Assembly (NCBI RefSeq): GCF_001194135.2
Contig: NC_068989.1
Span: forward strand, 14,340,743-14,404,742
Source: Octopus bimaculoides
Lineage: Eukaryota
Direction: 5' to 3'
Length of the DNA stretch: 64,000 bases
Shown one piece after another: positions 13,296-26,775 of the stretch (position 1 is its first letter; the number at the start of each line of letters is the position of its first letter). The notes under the pieces were generated by a model that worked only from the letters and a program-made list of their open reading frames with translations, made no database searches and was not told the origin of the DNA. A program made the translations under genes and the position numbers.

Positions 13296-13427
13296 CAAAT
13301 AATACAGGTATGTAGGGATAAGGGCCTGCAGCTTCTCATCTAAGTACGTTAGCAAAAAAAAAAAACACCCAAATTAATCTAAAATGGCGGATGGCGACGG
13401 TAAAAAAAATATATATATATATATACC

Positions 13428-13770
13428 ACTTAACATTATCAGATATCATTTAACGCCATGAAATACCATTGAACACATCAGGTAAAGTTGAAGCGTATCA
13501 AATGCTATTTATCAGCGCCGAATACCATTTCAGATAATCAAATGCTATTTAACACCGTCTGATATTATTTAAGTGTATCAAACACCATTTAAGACCTCAA
13601 ATGCCACTGTAATACTATCTAATACTACTTCAACATATATTTCACACCATCTGATGCCATTAGTAGCTATAAAATATCATTTAACACCATAAAATGCGAT
13701 TTGGAGCTATCAAATATCATTTAACGCTATCAAACATCATTTATATTACTATAACACCAAACATTTATCA
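13428..13770. repeat. Degenerate minisatellite, about 18-20 bp unit (ATCAAATAYCATTTAACRC-like)
   Basis: Repeated atcaaatatcatttaac / atcaaatgctatttaac / atcaaacaccatttaag units. Confidence 0.75.
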
Positions 13771-14062
13771 AACTCACACTCCAACCATGACATTAGAAAA
13801 ATCCCCAAAACAGAAAAGATTGAGTATAAAGTATTAGCAATTAAATGTACCATGAATTTGATATTTTTAAGGCTTCGACGGAAAACTTTGATACATTTAA
13901 AATCTTAGAACATAAATAGGGGTAATACAGAATAGATAAAATTGCCTGTTTCCTTAAAGAGTCTGAGTTGATTTTATCAAAACAATTATATTTATTAGTA
14001 ATGTATAAAATACCGTTGTATTCCGTTATGACACTTGATCTAACTTATTTTAGGGTCAAGGG

Positions 14063-14370
14063 TAAAGACCCCCGCTTCGGTCATGTATGACCATGAGATT
14101 GATTGCACCTTGAATGTTCCCCTCCGAGACACAGGTCCGGGCAAGGTTGTTTATGGAAAACCAGCAGTCGCCCATGCATACCAGTTACCTCTCTCCACGC
14201 CACCGATGTAATCTAAGGGAAAGGCAAAGGGGCCGATATAGCTGAGTGAACTGGAGCAACGCGAAATAAAGTGTCTTACTCAAGAGTACAACACACAGCC
14301 CGGCCCGGGAATCGAACTCTGTGACTCATGATTGTAAGCACGACGCTCCAAGCACTGAACCATGCGCCTA
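14063..14370 (-). mobile_element. SINE family D (tRNA head, GTTGCTCCAGT.CACTCAGCT core)
   Basis: B box GTTCGATTCC on -; core shared with 35908-36166 but the tail differs. Confidence 0.8.
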
Positions 14371-14779
14371 TACTCTTTTACTCTTTTACTTGTTTCAGTC
14401 ATTTGACTGTGGCCATGCTGGAGCACCACCTTTAGTCGAGCAAATCGACCCCAGGACTTATTCTTTGTAAGCCTACTACTTATTCTATCGGTCACTTTTG
14501 CCGAACCGCTAAGTTACGGGGACGTAAACACACCAACATCGGTTGTCAAGCGATGTTGGGGGACAAACACAGACACAAACACATACACACATATATATAT
14601 ACATATACATATACATATATGCGACGGGCTTCTTTCAGTTTCCATCTACCAAATCCACTCACAAGGCTTTGGTCGGCCCGAGGCTATAGTAGAAGACACT
14701 TGCTCAAGGTGTCACGCAGTGGGACTGAACCCGGAACCATGTGGCTGGTAAGCAAGCTACTTACCACACAGCCACTCCT
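14371..14779 (-). mobile_element. SINE family A, full length
   Basis: Both halves plus internal microsatellite. Confidence 0.92.
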
Positions 14780-15134
14780 AATAGATAGTGAAACCGCTCG
14801 TGTGTCAAAGCAGACGCGATGACTCAACCAAGTTACAATAATCCTTTTGCTTTCCGCGGCTGATAAAATTAAATACAAGTTTGGGACAATGGACTGGAGA
14901 ATTGAGGGCTTTGCACAGCCCAGCTCTACGTAGTTAACTGATAATCCGCTCGTTCGTAGTTGTGGATACTAATCAAAACGATCCCTTCCCGTATGCCAAT
15001 CCACTAGGAATTAGACCGCCAAGAAGAACAATTTCTGTGGCTTGTTTTTGTTTCAGAATCATCCAATATTGACATTTCTTTGCTAGGTGACAAGGTCCTT
15101 CTCTTCGTCGTACTCTTCGCAACATTTATTTTCA

Positions 15135-15290
15135 TTCTGTATTCAAGAGATGAGGAATTATGTACATTATTTACATTGTTTACATTATTCACGTTATTTG
15201 CATTTGACGGATAATTGTCCTCATCGTGTTTGTTGGCCACGGGCATATGGCGTATTGGTTAAGAGCGCGAGCTACTAACCCCAAGATTCC
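15135..15290. mobile_element. Fragment of the tRNA-hammerhead element: inverted 3' tail (15135-15234, -) fused to tRNA head (15235-15290, +)
   Basis: Tail matches 40745-40800 and 49050-49115; head matches 40560-40610. Confidence 0.8.
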
Positions 15291-15344
15291 AGGCCCGAAT
15301 GCCCACAACAGAGGCCACCATGGCTTGCTTGATCAGTCGACGGC

Positions 15345-15398
15345 CGGACGGACAGGCAGACGGACGGGCGGACGGATTGGTGGATGGATGGATGGATG

Positions 15399-15440
<42 letters not shown>

Positions 15441-15485
15441 CATACATACAGACAGACAGACAGACATACAGACAGACAGACAGAC

Positions 15486-15538
<53 letters not shown>

Positions 15539-15540
15539 CA
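15345..15540. repeat. Tetranucleotide series GGAC/GGAT/AGAT/AGAC
   Basis: Direct reading. Confidence 0.95.
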
Positions 15541-15950
15541 TTTCTTTTATTAGCCACACAGGGCTCAACGAAGATGGGACAAATACAATGTAGAGCTTTT
15601 CTTTTTGGGAGGGGGAAGGNNNNNNNNNNNNNNNNNNNNNNNNNNNNNNNNNNNNNNNNNNNNNNNNNNNNNNNNNNNNNNNNNNNNNNNNNNNNNNNNN
15701 NNNNNNNNNNNNNNNNAAAAAAAAAAATTGGTGGTGTCGATCAAAAGGGATCGTAGGAAGGGAAAAAGGGGGAGTTCGATCAAAAGGGATCGAAAAAAGA
15801 AGAAAAGGAAAGGCCGATCAATAGGGATCGTGTATCACACAGTAATGTTCTCGTGTGAAAAGAGGGGAGGACAGTTTAGGTTTAGCCGTGGAAGGAAAAG
15901 CCTACGGAAAAGACCACGGTAACCTTGGTCAATATTCTCATTGAAGAAAC
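15539..15950 (-). mobile_element. Probable 3' UTR of a LINE-like element ending in AATAAAAGAAATG next to (TATC)n
   Basis: PolyA-like end, three internal hairpins, tail similar to the SINE B tail. No ORF seen, so the class is inferred. Confidence 0.5.
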
Positions 15951-16069
15951 TATAACAGTAAGTGACTCTCTTTTGCCTTTTTGTTTTATTTTTTTTTCTT
16001 GTTCATAAGGTTATGCTCCGTCGTTCACACGTGCCATCCTTAGGCATACAGACAGACAGACAGACAGAC

Positions 16070-16131
<62 letters not shown>

Positions 16132-16399
16132 ACTTCGACCGACAGACAGGTATTCAATACAAGCCTTATATTTCGGTCGATTGGTTGATAGAAACTAAAT
16201 TGATTCAATAATCGTTTGACGCTCCTGGCAGTAAATGCACAAAACAGATCGGACACATCTCAATACAGATCGATATCTTCAAGATAACATGGACGTGTTT
16301 GCCGTTTGTGGGGAAACTGAGCGTGATAGTATGTATATGAGAGAGTGTCCGAGCGCGAGTGTTTGTTTGTGTGCGTGTGTACGGTTATGAAAGCGAGCG

Positions 16400-16449
16400 A
16401 GGTCGTGAGAGAGAGAGAGAGAGAGAGAATATGAGCGAGGTGCATGTGT

Positions 16450-16495
<46 letters not shown>

Positions 16496-17173
16496 ACTAA
16501 GGTTGTTTGTGTGTATATGTATGTATGCAGTTACGTGAATGTCTGTATATGTTTGTGTATGTATATAAATGTATATACGTGTATGCATGTGTGTGCATGT
16601 GTGTATGTGTGTATGTCTGTATATACGCATGCTTGTGCGTATGTGTGTGTACGTGTGTGTGTGTGTGTGTGTGTGCTTGTGTGTAGCAAAGTTGTTTGTG
16701 TGTATATGCATGTATGCAGTTGCGTGAATGTTTGTATGAATATGTGAGTGTGTGTATGTATATATATATATATATATGTATATGTGTGTATGCATGTATG
16801 TGCATGTGTGTATGTGTGTGTGTGTATGTATATATGCATGCTTGTGTGTATGTGTGTGTATGTGTGTGAGTGCATGTATGCATTTGCGTGCATGTTTGTA
16901 TAAATATGTGTATGTATGCATGTATGAATGCATATATGTATGTATGTACGTATACATAGATATGCATGGGTGTGTATGTATCTATGCATACGTGCATGTG
17001 TGTATGCGTGTGTTGTGTGTATATAAAGAGGAAGGCGTGTATATTCGAATGCATGTCTAGGATGGGAGAGAAAGAGGGGAAAAAACGCGTGGTGCGTGTT
17101 TGCGTGTGGGAACGGCTGATTGCGTACGCATAAGCGCGGTCGAGTGTATGAGAATTTATGTGCGTGTCTGCCT

Positions 17174-17214
<41 letters not shown>

Positions 17215-17719
17215 TGTGTGTGTGTGTGTGTGTGTGTGTTTGTGTGTCTGTGTGTGTGTGTGTGTGTGTGAGAGCGCGTGTGTGNNNNNNNNNNNNNNNN
17301 NNNNNNNNNNNNNNNNNNNNNNNNNNNNNNNNNNNNNNNNNNNNNNNNNNNNNNNNNNNNNNNNNNNNNNNNNNNNNNNNNNNNNNNNNNNNNNNNNNNN
17401 NNNNNNNNNNNNNNNNNNNNNNNNNNNNNNNNNNNNNNNNNNNNNNNNNNNNNNNNNNNNNNNNNNNNNNNNNNNNNNNNNNNNNNNNNNNNNNNNNNNN
17501 NNNNNNNNNNNNNNNNNNNNNNNNNNNNNNNNNNNNNNNNNNNNNNNNNNNNNNNNNNNNNNNNNNNNNNNNNNNNNNNNNNNNNNNNNNNNNNNNNNNN
17601 NNNNNNNNNNNNNNNNNNNNNNNNNNNNNNNNNNNNNNNNNNNNNNNNNNNNNNNNNNNNNNNNNNNNNNNNNNNNNNNNNNNNNNNNNNNNNNNNNNNN
17701 NNNNNNNNNNNNNNNNNNN

Positions 17720-17771
<52 letters not shown>

Positions 17772-18300
17772 TTGTGTGCGTGTGTGTGTGTCTATGTGTG
17801 CATTTTTATTTATATGTGAGTGTGCGTTCTTATTGTGTTTCGTATGGATATTTGAACGCTTAAAATCGCATTTGAGTTTTCGTGTATGAGTATGAGTGAG
17901 AGTGAGTGAGAGAGAGAGGGAGAGAGAGAGAGAGAGAGCGGGAGAGAGCGGGAAGAGGGAGAGGAAAGAATGAGAGAGAAATACAAACGCTTGAATATAT
18001 TTGGCGTATGAGAACAAGAGAAATACTAAGAAAAAAGAAAGATATATAGAAGGGATGCATAAAAGTATGTGAATGGATGCGTATGACTGTGTGTATGTGA
18101 GTGTGTGTGAGTTTTTGTGAGTGTGTGTGCATGTGTGTGTCTGCATGTGTTTGTACATGTGTGTCTATGTGAGTGTGCGTTCTTGTATTGTTTTGTATGA
18201 ATATTTCAACGTTTGAAATTGTGTTTGTGTGTGTATGAGAGAGAGAGGAGGAGGGAGGGAGGGAGAGAGGGAGAGAGGGAGAGAGGGAGAAAGAGAGAGG

Positions 18301-18331
<31 letters not shown>

Positions 18332-18800
18332 GGAGAAAGAGAGAGAGAGAAAGAGAGAGGGAGAAAGAGAGAGGGAGAAAGAGAGAGAGGGAGAGAAAGA
18401 GAGAGAGGGAGAGAAAGAGAGAGAGGGAGAGAAACAGAGAGAGGGGGAGAGAAACAGAGAGAGGGGGAGAGAAACAGAGAGCGGGAGAGAAAGAGAGAGA
18501 GGGAGAAAAAGAGAGAGAGAAGGACAAAGGAGGGAGAGAGGGAGAGAGAAGAATGTGAGAGAATGTTAGCGCTTAAATATATTTGGCGTATGAGAGCAAG
18601 AGAAACTCTTGAGTGAAAGGCATAGACCAAATGCGTGAAAGTATATATATGTATATATATGGTTGTGCGAGTTCGTGAACGTGTGTGTGTGAGAGAGAGA
18701 GAGAGAGAGTAAGTGACGTAAGGGAGGGACAGAGAATAAATGAATGCACGTGTGTGTGTGTGCGTGCGTGTGTGTGCGTGCGTGTGTGTGTGGTATGTCA
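16400..18800. repeat. TG/TA/GA microsatellite field with diverged local duplications
   Basis: Direct reading. Confidence 0.9.
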
Positions 18801-19329
18801 CGGCCTAAATGCTCTTCAATCAACACAGGTCGGTTGAGACGGCAGCAACTGAAATTGCATGTAGTAATGATTCCATTTGAAGCGTTAAGAAGTAGGTGTC
18901 GCTATTTACATTGTTTTGTCTCGTTCGTCTGAATCCTTAAGCTTTAAGCCCTTTCCTTGAGACATCACTTCTGCCAGCTTTACAACTGGCTCGTTTCACC
19001 GTTAAACTGGCCAACTACGACTAATAACGAACACCCATTGTCTGCAATGCTCACCTAGACACGCCATAGAGGCGTCATTCGCCCTACGTTGACATTCAGT
19101 GAAGCGTAAAAATGTCGTCTGCCAATTGCTGCGAGTAGAAAATTGAAGAAAAACTATACAAAAATCTGAACCTAAGACGTCTGTCTGTCTGTTTCTGTAT
19201 TCCTCTGTCATACATTGCTTTGCAAATACGAGACACGAATTCTTTCTTTCTTTTATTCCGTTTCTTCTGTTTGTTATGTTTTTCTTTCACATTTTCTCGG
19301 GTATTTTTTACGTTTCTACCATCCTCCTC

Positions 19330-19570
19330 CTATTCTTCTTCTTCTTCTTCTTCTTCTTCTTCTTCTTCTTCTTTTTCTTCTTCTTCTTCTTCTTCTTCTT
19401 CTTCTTCTTCTTCTTCTTCTTCTTCTTCTTCTTCTTCGTCTCCTCCTCCTCCTTCTTCGTTCTCGTCCTCTCCTCATTCTCATACTCCTCCAACTTCTTC
19501 TTTTCCTCGTCCTCATCCTCTCCTCACCTTCATATTCCTCCCCTTCCTCCCTTCTTCGTCGTCTTATTAC
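19330..19570. repeat. (TTC)n grading into (TCC)n
   Basis: Direct reading. Confidence 0.95.
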
Positions 19571-19584
19571 TATCATTATTCTTA

Positions 19585-20032
19585 GCTGGCAGAATTGGAC
19601 AAAAGGCTTAAGCGGTATTTCTTCCAGCTCTTTACGTTCAGAGTTCAAATCCTGCCGAGGTCAAATTTACCTTTCATTCTTTCAGTGTCAATAAAACAAA
19701 TTATCAATCAAGTACAGGAGATCGATATAATCGACTACCCACCTATTCCTACAACGTGCTGACCCTGCCAAAAATTTGGAACAGTTATTACTACTGTTGT
19801 TACGGTTGCTATTATCTAAGGCGGCGAGCTGGCAGAATCACTAGCACGCCGGGCGAAGTTCTAAGTGCTATTTCGTCTGTCGTTACGTTTTGAGTTCAAA
19901 TTCCGCCTAGGTCGACTTTACCTTTTATCCTTTCGGGATCGATAAATTGAGTATCACAGAAATACTGGAGTCTGTGTAAATCGACCAGTCCCCTCCCCGA
20001 AAATTTCAGGTCTTGTGCCTATAGTAGAAAGG

Positions 20033-20040
<8 letters not shown>
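19585..20040 (+). mobile_element. Two head-to-tail SINE B copies
   Basis: Heads GCTGGCAGAAT at about 19585 and GGCGGCGAGCTGGCAGAAT at about 19820; the second ends in (ATT)n. Confidence 0.88.
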
Positions 20041-20066
<26 letters not shown>

Positions 20067-20239
20067 TCTTCATCGTTAGCCTCCTTTTCATCATCTCAGT
20101 ATTCCCCCCTCTTTTTCTTCTCCTCCTTTGTCTTCAATTTTCATTTCTACTGCCTCTCTCTTCTTTCTCTTTACCTCCCTAAAACTTTGTTTTGGTTTCC
20201 TGTCTTTGAGGGGGCCTACCTAACTTGTAGCGTACGCCA

Positions 20240-20546
20240 GTGTATGTATGTACGTACGTACGTACGAACGTACGCATGTATGTATGTATGTACGTATGTA
20301 TGTATGTATGTATGTGTGTGTACGTACGTACGCACATATGTATGTATGTATGCATATGTATGAACTTATGTATGCACGTATGTGTATATACATGTGTATA
20401 TATGCATGTATGTATGTACGTACGTATATATGTATGCATGTATGTATGTATGAATGCGTGTATATATATGTGTATGTATGTATGTATGTATGTATAAATA
20501 ATATATGTGTGTATACAAATTGCATACAACACTCACACACATTCCA

Positions 20547-20628
<82 letters not shown>

Positions 20629-20770
20629 TAAATGTACATATATATATACTATTTATATATATATATATGTATGTATGTATATTTATATATATATGCATAT
20701 ATATGTATATGTATGTGTTTGTGTACATACATACATTCATACATACATACATGCATGCATATATATCTCA
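20240..20770. repeat. (TATG)n/(TACG)n/(TA)n microsatellites
   Basis: Direct reading. Confidence 0.95.
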
Positions 20771-21817
20771 TTAATTAAAAGGATCAGACAAAGGCAGTTC
20801 ACCGAGAGCTACACGTGTTTCTGTAGCAACCCAATTATTCGGTGCAAAATGCACGCAACTACATGCATTTCGTAAGTCATAAATGTACGTCACTTTATTG
20901 ATTAGTTATCGGAGCAAGTCGAGGGCCCGGTGAAGTGGCACACATTTATAACTTACGTAATATACGTAACTGCATGAATTTGCACGTGATAAATGGGTTT
21001 CTATAGTAACCCGTTCAGCTCAGAATGGACAGCCATTTTTTTTTTCCACTTCGTCCTTTGAATTTTATTGAATTTCCTGCATACCACGGGTAACTTATGT
21101 AATTTCTGCGAGTGGAATTGTGTGGTATGGTACATGGTTTCTCTTCCAAAACGTTCCAGTGTTTTAGTTAAACCTTGGAGTGTTGTTGACATTGTTTCCT
21201 GTGAGTACCTCATTAGTCTGCCGTATGGAGGAAGCTGTGTATCGTACCATTTCAAACACACACACATACATACACACACACACAAACACACACACACACA
21301 CACACACATACACACATAGACGTGTGTGCATGCATATTTATGTATGTAACGTAGCACTGTAAGTCAGCCATAACAGGCAGCCTAACCCCTGGTGAGAGAG
21401 TCAAACTCCAGTTTCAATAGAACAAAAAGAAGGACGACGAATTAGGAGGATTATTTTCCGAGACTAAATATCAAAGAATCACTAGAGAAATCGATCATTA
21501 TATTGATTTCTTTAAAAGCACAATGCAATGCTATCGGTATTAACAGTGATAACACACCCTAACGCAGAACAGAAAATCCCATAGTTTTCGTTATATTAAT
21601 CCCTATACCCTGATTATAGGATTACATCAAAACATATTGTATTCAGAACGTAGGATTACGTGCCCTAGTTATACGTAAATATATTTCTGTTGGAGTCATA
21701 CGAATCTGAGGGAACATCAAATAATTCTTTTCTGGAACTGTGAAACTCGATGCAGATAAAGCTACGAATAATAGCGTATAAATATTTGGTTAATATTCTT
21801 TTACATTCTTTTTTTCT

Positions 21818-22036
21818 TCTACTTGTTTCAATCATTTAACTACGGCCATGCTGGAGCACCGCTTCTAGTCGAAGAAATCGACGCCACGACATATTCTTTG
21901 TAAGCCTAGTACTTATTCTATCGGTCTGTTTTGCCGAACCGCTAGGTTTCGGGGACGTAAACATACCACCATTGGTTGTCAAACGATGGTGGGAGGGACA
22001 GTCACACACATGAATATATATATATATATATATATA
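21818..22036 (-). mobile_element. SINE family A, 3' half (gap-truncated)
   Basis: Matches the A 3' half. Confidence 0.88.
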
Positions 22037-23479
22037 NNNNNNNNNNNNNNNNNNNNNNNNNNNNNNNNNNNNNNNNNNNNNNNNNNNNNNNNNNNNNNNN
22101 NNNNNNNNNNNNNNNNNNNNNNNNNNNNNNNNNNNNNNNNNNNNNNNNNNNNNNNNNNNNNNNNNNNNNNNNNNNNNNNNNNNNNNNNNNNNNNNNNNNN
22201 NNNNNNNNNNNNNNNNNNNNNNNNNNNNNNNNNNNNNNNNNNNNNNNNNNNNNNNNNNNNNNNNNNNNNNNNNNNNNNNNNNNNNNNNNNNNNNNNNNNN
22301 NNNNNNNNNNNNNNNNNNNNNNNNNNNNNNNNNNNNNNNNNNNNNNNNNNNNNNNNNNNNNNNNNNNNNNNNNNNNNNNNNNNNNNNNNNNNNNNNNNNN
22401 NNNNNNNNNNNNNNNNNNNNNNNNNNNNNNNNNNNNNNNNNNNNNNNNNNNNNNNNNNNNNNNNNNNNNNNNNNNNNNNNNNNNNNNNNNNNNNNNNNNN
22501 NNNNNNNNNNNNNNNNNNNNNNACCCTAAAACCAGTACAAACGCACGAACGATGTCATAAATAACAGTACCGCCGATAGTTGTTGTTGACAAACAACGGC
22601 ACTAATTTTATTCAGGGGAAAAGATCCCATTACACCGCCACAACGTGTTGTTTACAAACCACAGCAGTAATTGTTTTCACCTCAATAGACGTCAGTGATT
22701 GGTTGAAATTACCGAAATACGACAACTTTTAACATGAAATAACTTCAAATATAAAACATTTTCTCTGTTCTATAAGACAAAATATACAAGTATACGAAGT
22801 TTTAAAGTGTTTCGTTAGAAAACACACTAAATAAAAACTAAATAAAAAATGGTGTCCGCCAAATCAGAAAGATCCGAAGATCCGAGGCTAAAACTACCAG
22901 GCACATCATCGGAGCAAAGTTTAACAAACCCAGAATTATGTTCTATGGTATTTGATATACCCGTATTTTTCTATGTTGTTCAAATACATGCTACTGACCA
23001 CTGTCAGTTATTTCTCTTAGCGCAATCTTCGTTTTACTCGTGCAAATTCCCAAGGCCACAAATGCATTCTGAAACTCACACTATTCATTGAAGTTACAAT
23101 CATACTTCTGTTTTTTGTTTCGTTTGTTTGTGCAACCATTCATAATTATTGCCCTACCTTCTATATCCTCACTACGGCTTCTCATTAACAAATGTAGCCA
23201 TCGGTGTATTAGCTTCTGTAACATAAAACTTTACTGGGTAGACTAAGAATGTTGTAGCTCTCTAGGAAAAAGTGGTACAAAAGAATGAACGACATGTGAC
23301 CTACAAATCCATTCATTGTGTGGTAGATTGGCTCCCCATCATTCCATAAATTCTACACCGGAAGTCACTGGAGGGAAATGTAAACACACCAACATGCAAG
23401 AAGACTTATACACACAAATACACACAAGAGTATGTGCGTATGCAATGATATATATTTATGCATGTATATGTGTATACAT

Positions 23480-23493
23480 ATATACTTACACAG

Positions 23494-23584
<91 letters not shown>

Positions 23585-23599
23585 CAGACAGACAGACCA

Positions 23600-23632
<33 letters not shown>

Positions 23633-23660
23633 GAGATAGACAGACAGACAGACAGACCAG

Positions 23661-23708
<48 letters not shown>

Positions 23709-23776
23709 AAGGTAGGTAGGCAGGCAGGTAGGTAGGTAGGTAGGTAGGTAGGTAAGTAGGTGGATAGATAGATACA

Positions 23777-23807
<31 letters not shown>

Positions 23808-23890
23808 GGAAAGTTTGATAGATACATACACACACATACACTCAGATATATATATATATATATACGCATGAATTCATACATTTCGATGTA

Positions 23891-23978
<88 letters not shown>

Positions 23979-24077
23979 ACACACACACACACACACATAT
24001 TTTCACGTGCGTTTATTTAATTCTGTATCCCTGATAAATACACAAAAGTCACTGGAGTACAATTGCACACGCGCGCA

Positions 24078-24110
<33 letters not shown>
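23480..24110. repeat. GATA/GACA/GGTA/CATA/CA compound microsatellite
   Basis: Direct reading. Confidence 0.95.
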
Positions 24111-24117
<7 letters not shown>

Positions 24118-24503
24118 CTTTTTTAACAAACAGATTAATAAGATTTGCAAACTACATAATAGATACATGTCTATCTGTGGTGGCATTGGATACAGGTAGG
24201 TATAAAAACAGAGAAAGGTTTCACGCATAGCTTTCCATACTGGAATATTTACACGTACATTTATCGTCAATCATAAAATGCTAATACAGACGCAAGAAAA
24301 GGATATAAAATGCTCATACACGAAGCAGAGGCTTAGATGTATCTCAAAATATATATTTGAATATAAATACACGATTTTAGACTCGTTGTGAACAGCAAAT
24401 CTGGGGGGGTTACACTTCTGCTTTTTTATCCTTCCGAGGGCAGACACAATGAGGGCGAGGTTAGCGGTTTGTAGTCATTTATGAAGTGTATAGACAAGGA
24501 CTT

Positions 24504-24895
24504 GTGGAGGCGCAATGGCCCAGTGGTTAGGGCAGCGGACTCGCGGTCATAGGATCGCGGTTTCGATTCCCAGACCGGGCGTTATGAGTGTTTCTTGAGT
24601 GAAAACACCTAAAGCTCCACGAGGCTCCGGCAGGGGATGGTGGCGAACCATGCTGTACTCTTTCACCACAACTTTCTCTCACTCTTACTGCTTGTTTCTG
24701 TTGTGCCTCTAATTCAAAGGATCAGCCTTGTCACATTCTGTGTCACGCTGAATATCCCCGAAAACTACGTTAAGGGTACACGTGTCTGTGGAGTGCTCAG
24801 CCACTTGCACGTTAATTTCACAAGCAGGCTGTTCCGTTGATCGGATCAACTGGAACCCTCGACGTCGTAAGCGACGGAGTGCCAACAACAACAAC
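24504..24895 (+). mobile_element. SINE family C, full length, with 12-bp TSD
   Basis: A box TGGCCCAGTGG, B box GTTTCGATTCC, (CAA)n tail, TSD AGACAAGGACTT at 24492-24503 and 24896-24907. Confidence 0.95.
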
Positions 24896-26680
24896 AGACA
24901 AGGACTTACAAAAACTATTCGTTTTAATTAGCAAAACAATATACATGCGCTGATACCGTGAATTCATTCATTGAAATTTTTAGAATAACAGAATTTTACA
25001 CACGCTATGAAAAATAAACAAAGTTTGTCAAATTGACGTCACTTTTTCTGTCCTCAAAGATATCATAAGACGTTGTAATAGGTTTACATTTCGAATTTTA
25101 TAATTATGTTATGTAGCGTAATACGAGAGGTGTGTACCTGTATGTAAGTATGTTTATACTCAACTCCTTTTTTGCATGCATGCATACATACATACATACA
25201 TACATACGTTAGTGTGTGTTTCTGTATGTTTGGCTGGCTGTGTGAGTTATGTAATCTAACCAACCAGCATGTTCAAGTTGTGAAAAAAAATATCTTCATA
25301 CACAAGACTAGATGAACAGACAGCTATGTATCTCTACAAAGAAACTTCCATTTCACCACAAAATCGTGATGTAATCTCATTTGAATGTCGTTCATGTATT
25401 GTCCAGCAAAATCGTGTGAGCGCGTCAAATGGTGCGGTTATTAGGATGTCCCTGCCTACTGGCTATCATTTTTATTCGTCTTTCTATAAATGACCTAGGT
25501 CAGACCAAACGACAGCCGGTTTAGTTGAATGGGAGAGGATATCGTCTGATAGATAATGGCGGACGATGGTTTGTGATGGCGAGTCGTGGGAGTGATAGAA
25601 TATGAATTTGAAGAGGAAGAGTTTAGAAAGAAGAAATGATTGAAGAGGTAATCGAGAGAATAAGAAGATGTGTTGAGAGGAGGAAAGATAAATTAGGGAA
25701 ATAACTAAAATGTAGAAGTAAACGAGGAAAGAAAGAGTGAAGAGAAAATTTAGAAAACGTGTAAGAACAGATTTAGAGAAGGGAAGAGGAGAATAAGGAT
25801 AAGTAATAAGATCGAGCAGAAAGAGGTGGGACTAGAAAAGAGTAGAGTAAAGGTGAGGAGAAAGAAAGTGAATGAAAGAGCGAGCAGGCAGAAACGAATA
25901 TAAGAGAAAGAGTGAGAAAAGAAAAAAAAGAAAAGTGAAGGAGGAAGGGAGGGGAGGTACGAGGATTGATATATTTGAGATAAAGTAGAAAGGAAATGAA
26001 TGAGTTAAACATGAAAAACTAGACAAATGAGCAGAATATGACGAAAGAAACGTTAATGATGAGGAAGTACGGTTGGATGAATAAGGGTAGATGTCTGGAA
26101 GAGAAAAGACGAGAGAGGCGTGAAAACTAGAGAGATAGAAAGGTGAAAGGCATTAAAAGATGCCGAAAATAAGCAGATAACGAGTGATAGACCATAGTGA
26201 TATAAGGGAGAATGAGAACAGGGTGGGAAAGACAGGTAGGTAGGTAGGTAGGTAGGTAGGTAGGGAAGCATATATACATGCATAACTACACAAACACACA
26301 GGTATATACATACATGAATAATATTGATACAGACAGGTATATATAAATATATATATGTATGCGGAGACACACATACACACACACACACCCAGGCAAACAT
26401 TTATATATACATGCATACATACAAACATGTATGTGTACGTACACATTAACTCATTTTCGTTTCATTTCTGCAAATTGCAGTCCATATATGCGTTCTACTT
26501 CTTCGTGTGAATGTCTAAGTGTCTCGTCTGCTGATGATAAGATAAGCCAATGGCTGTGCTGATGACGCTTAATAACACAGAAACACACATCCACATCTAC
26601 TCTCTTATGACTGCTTTTTTTTAAATAGCCTAACTGCCTGGATGTTTTGCGTCCTTGTCCCATTCTGTATAATTTATATG

Positions 26681-26734
<54 letters not shown>

Positions 26735-26744
26735 TGTGTTTGTT

Positions 26745-26775
<31 letters not shown>

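Noticed and set aside
22849-23091. 80-aa ORF MVSAKSERSEDPRLKLPG...
   Set aside because: No recognisable motif or supported splice structure.
24504-24575. tRNA gene (also at 40560, 36100, 14300, 48780)
   Set aside because: A and B boxes are present, but the acceptor stem is incomplete and each continues into a repeat body; these are SINE heads.
26525-26570. C/D-box snoRNA-like TGATGA...CTGA
   Set aside because: Boxes are only about 25 nt apart, with no terminal stem; too short.
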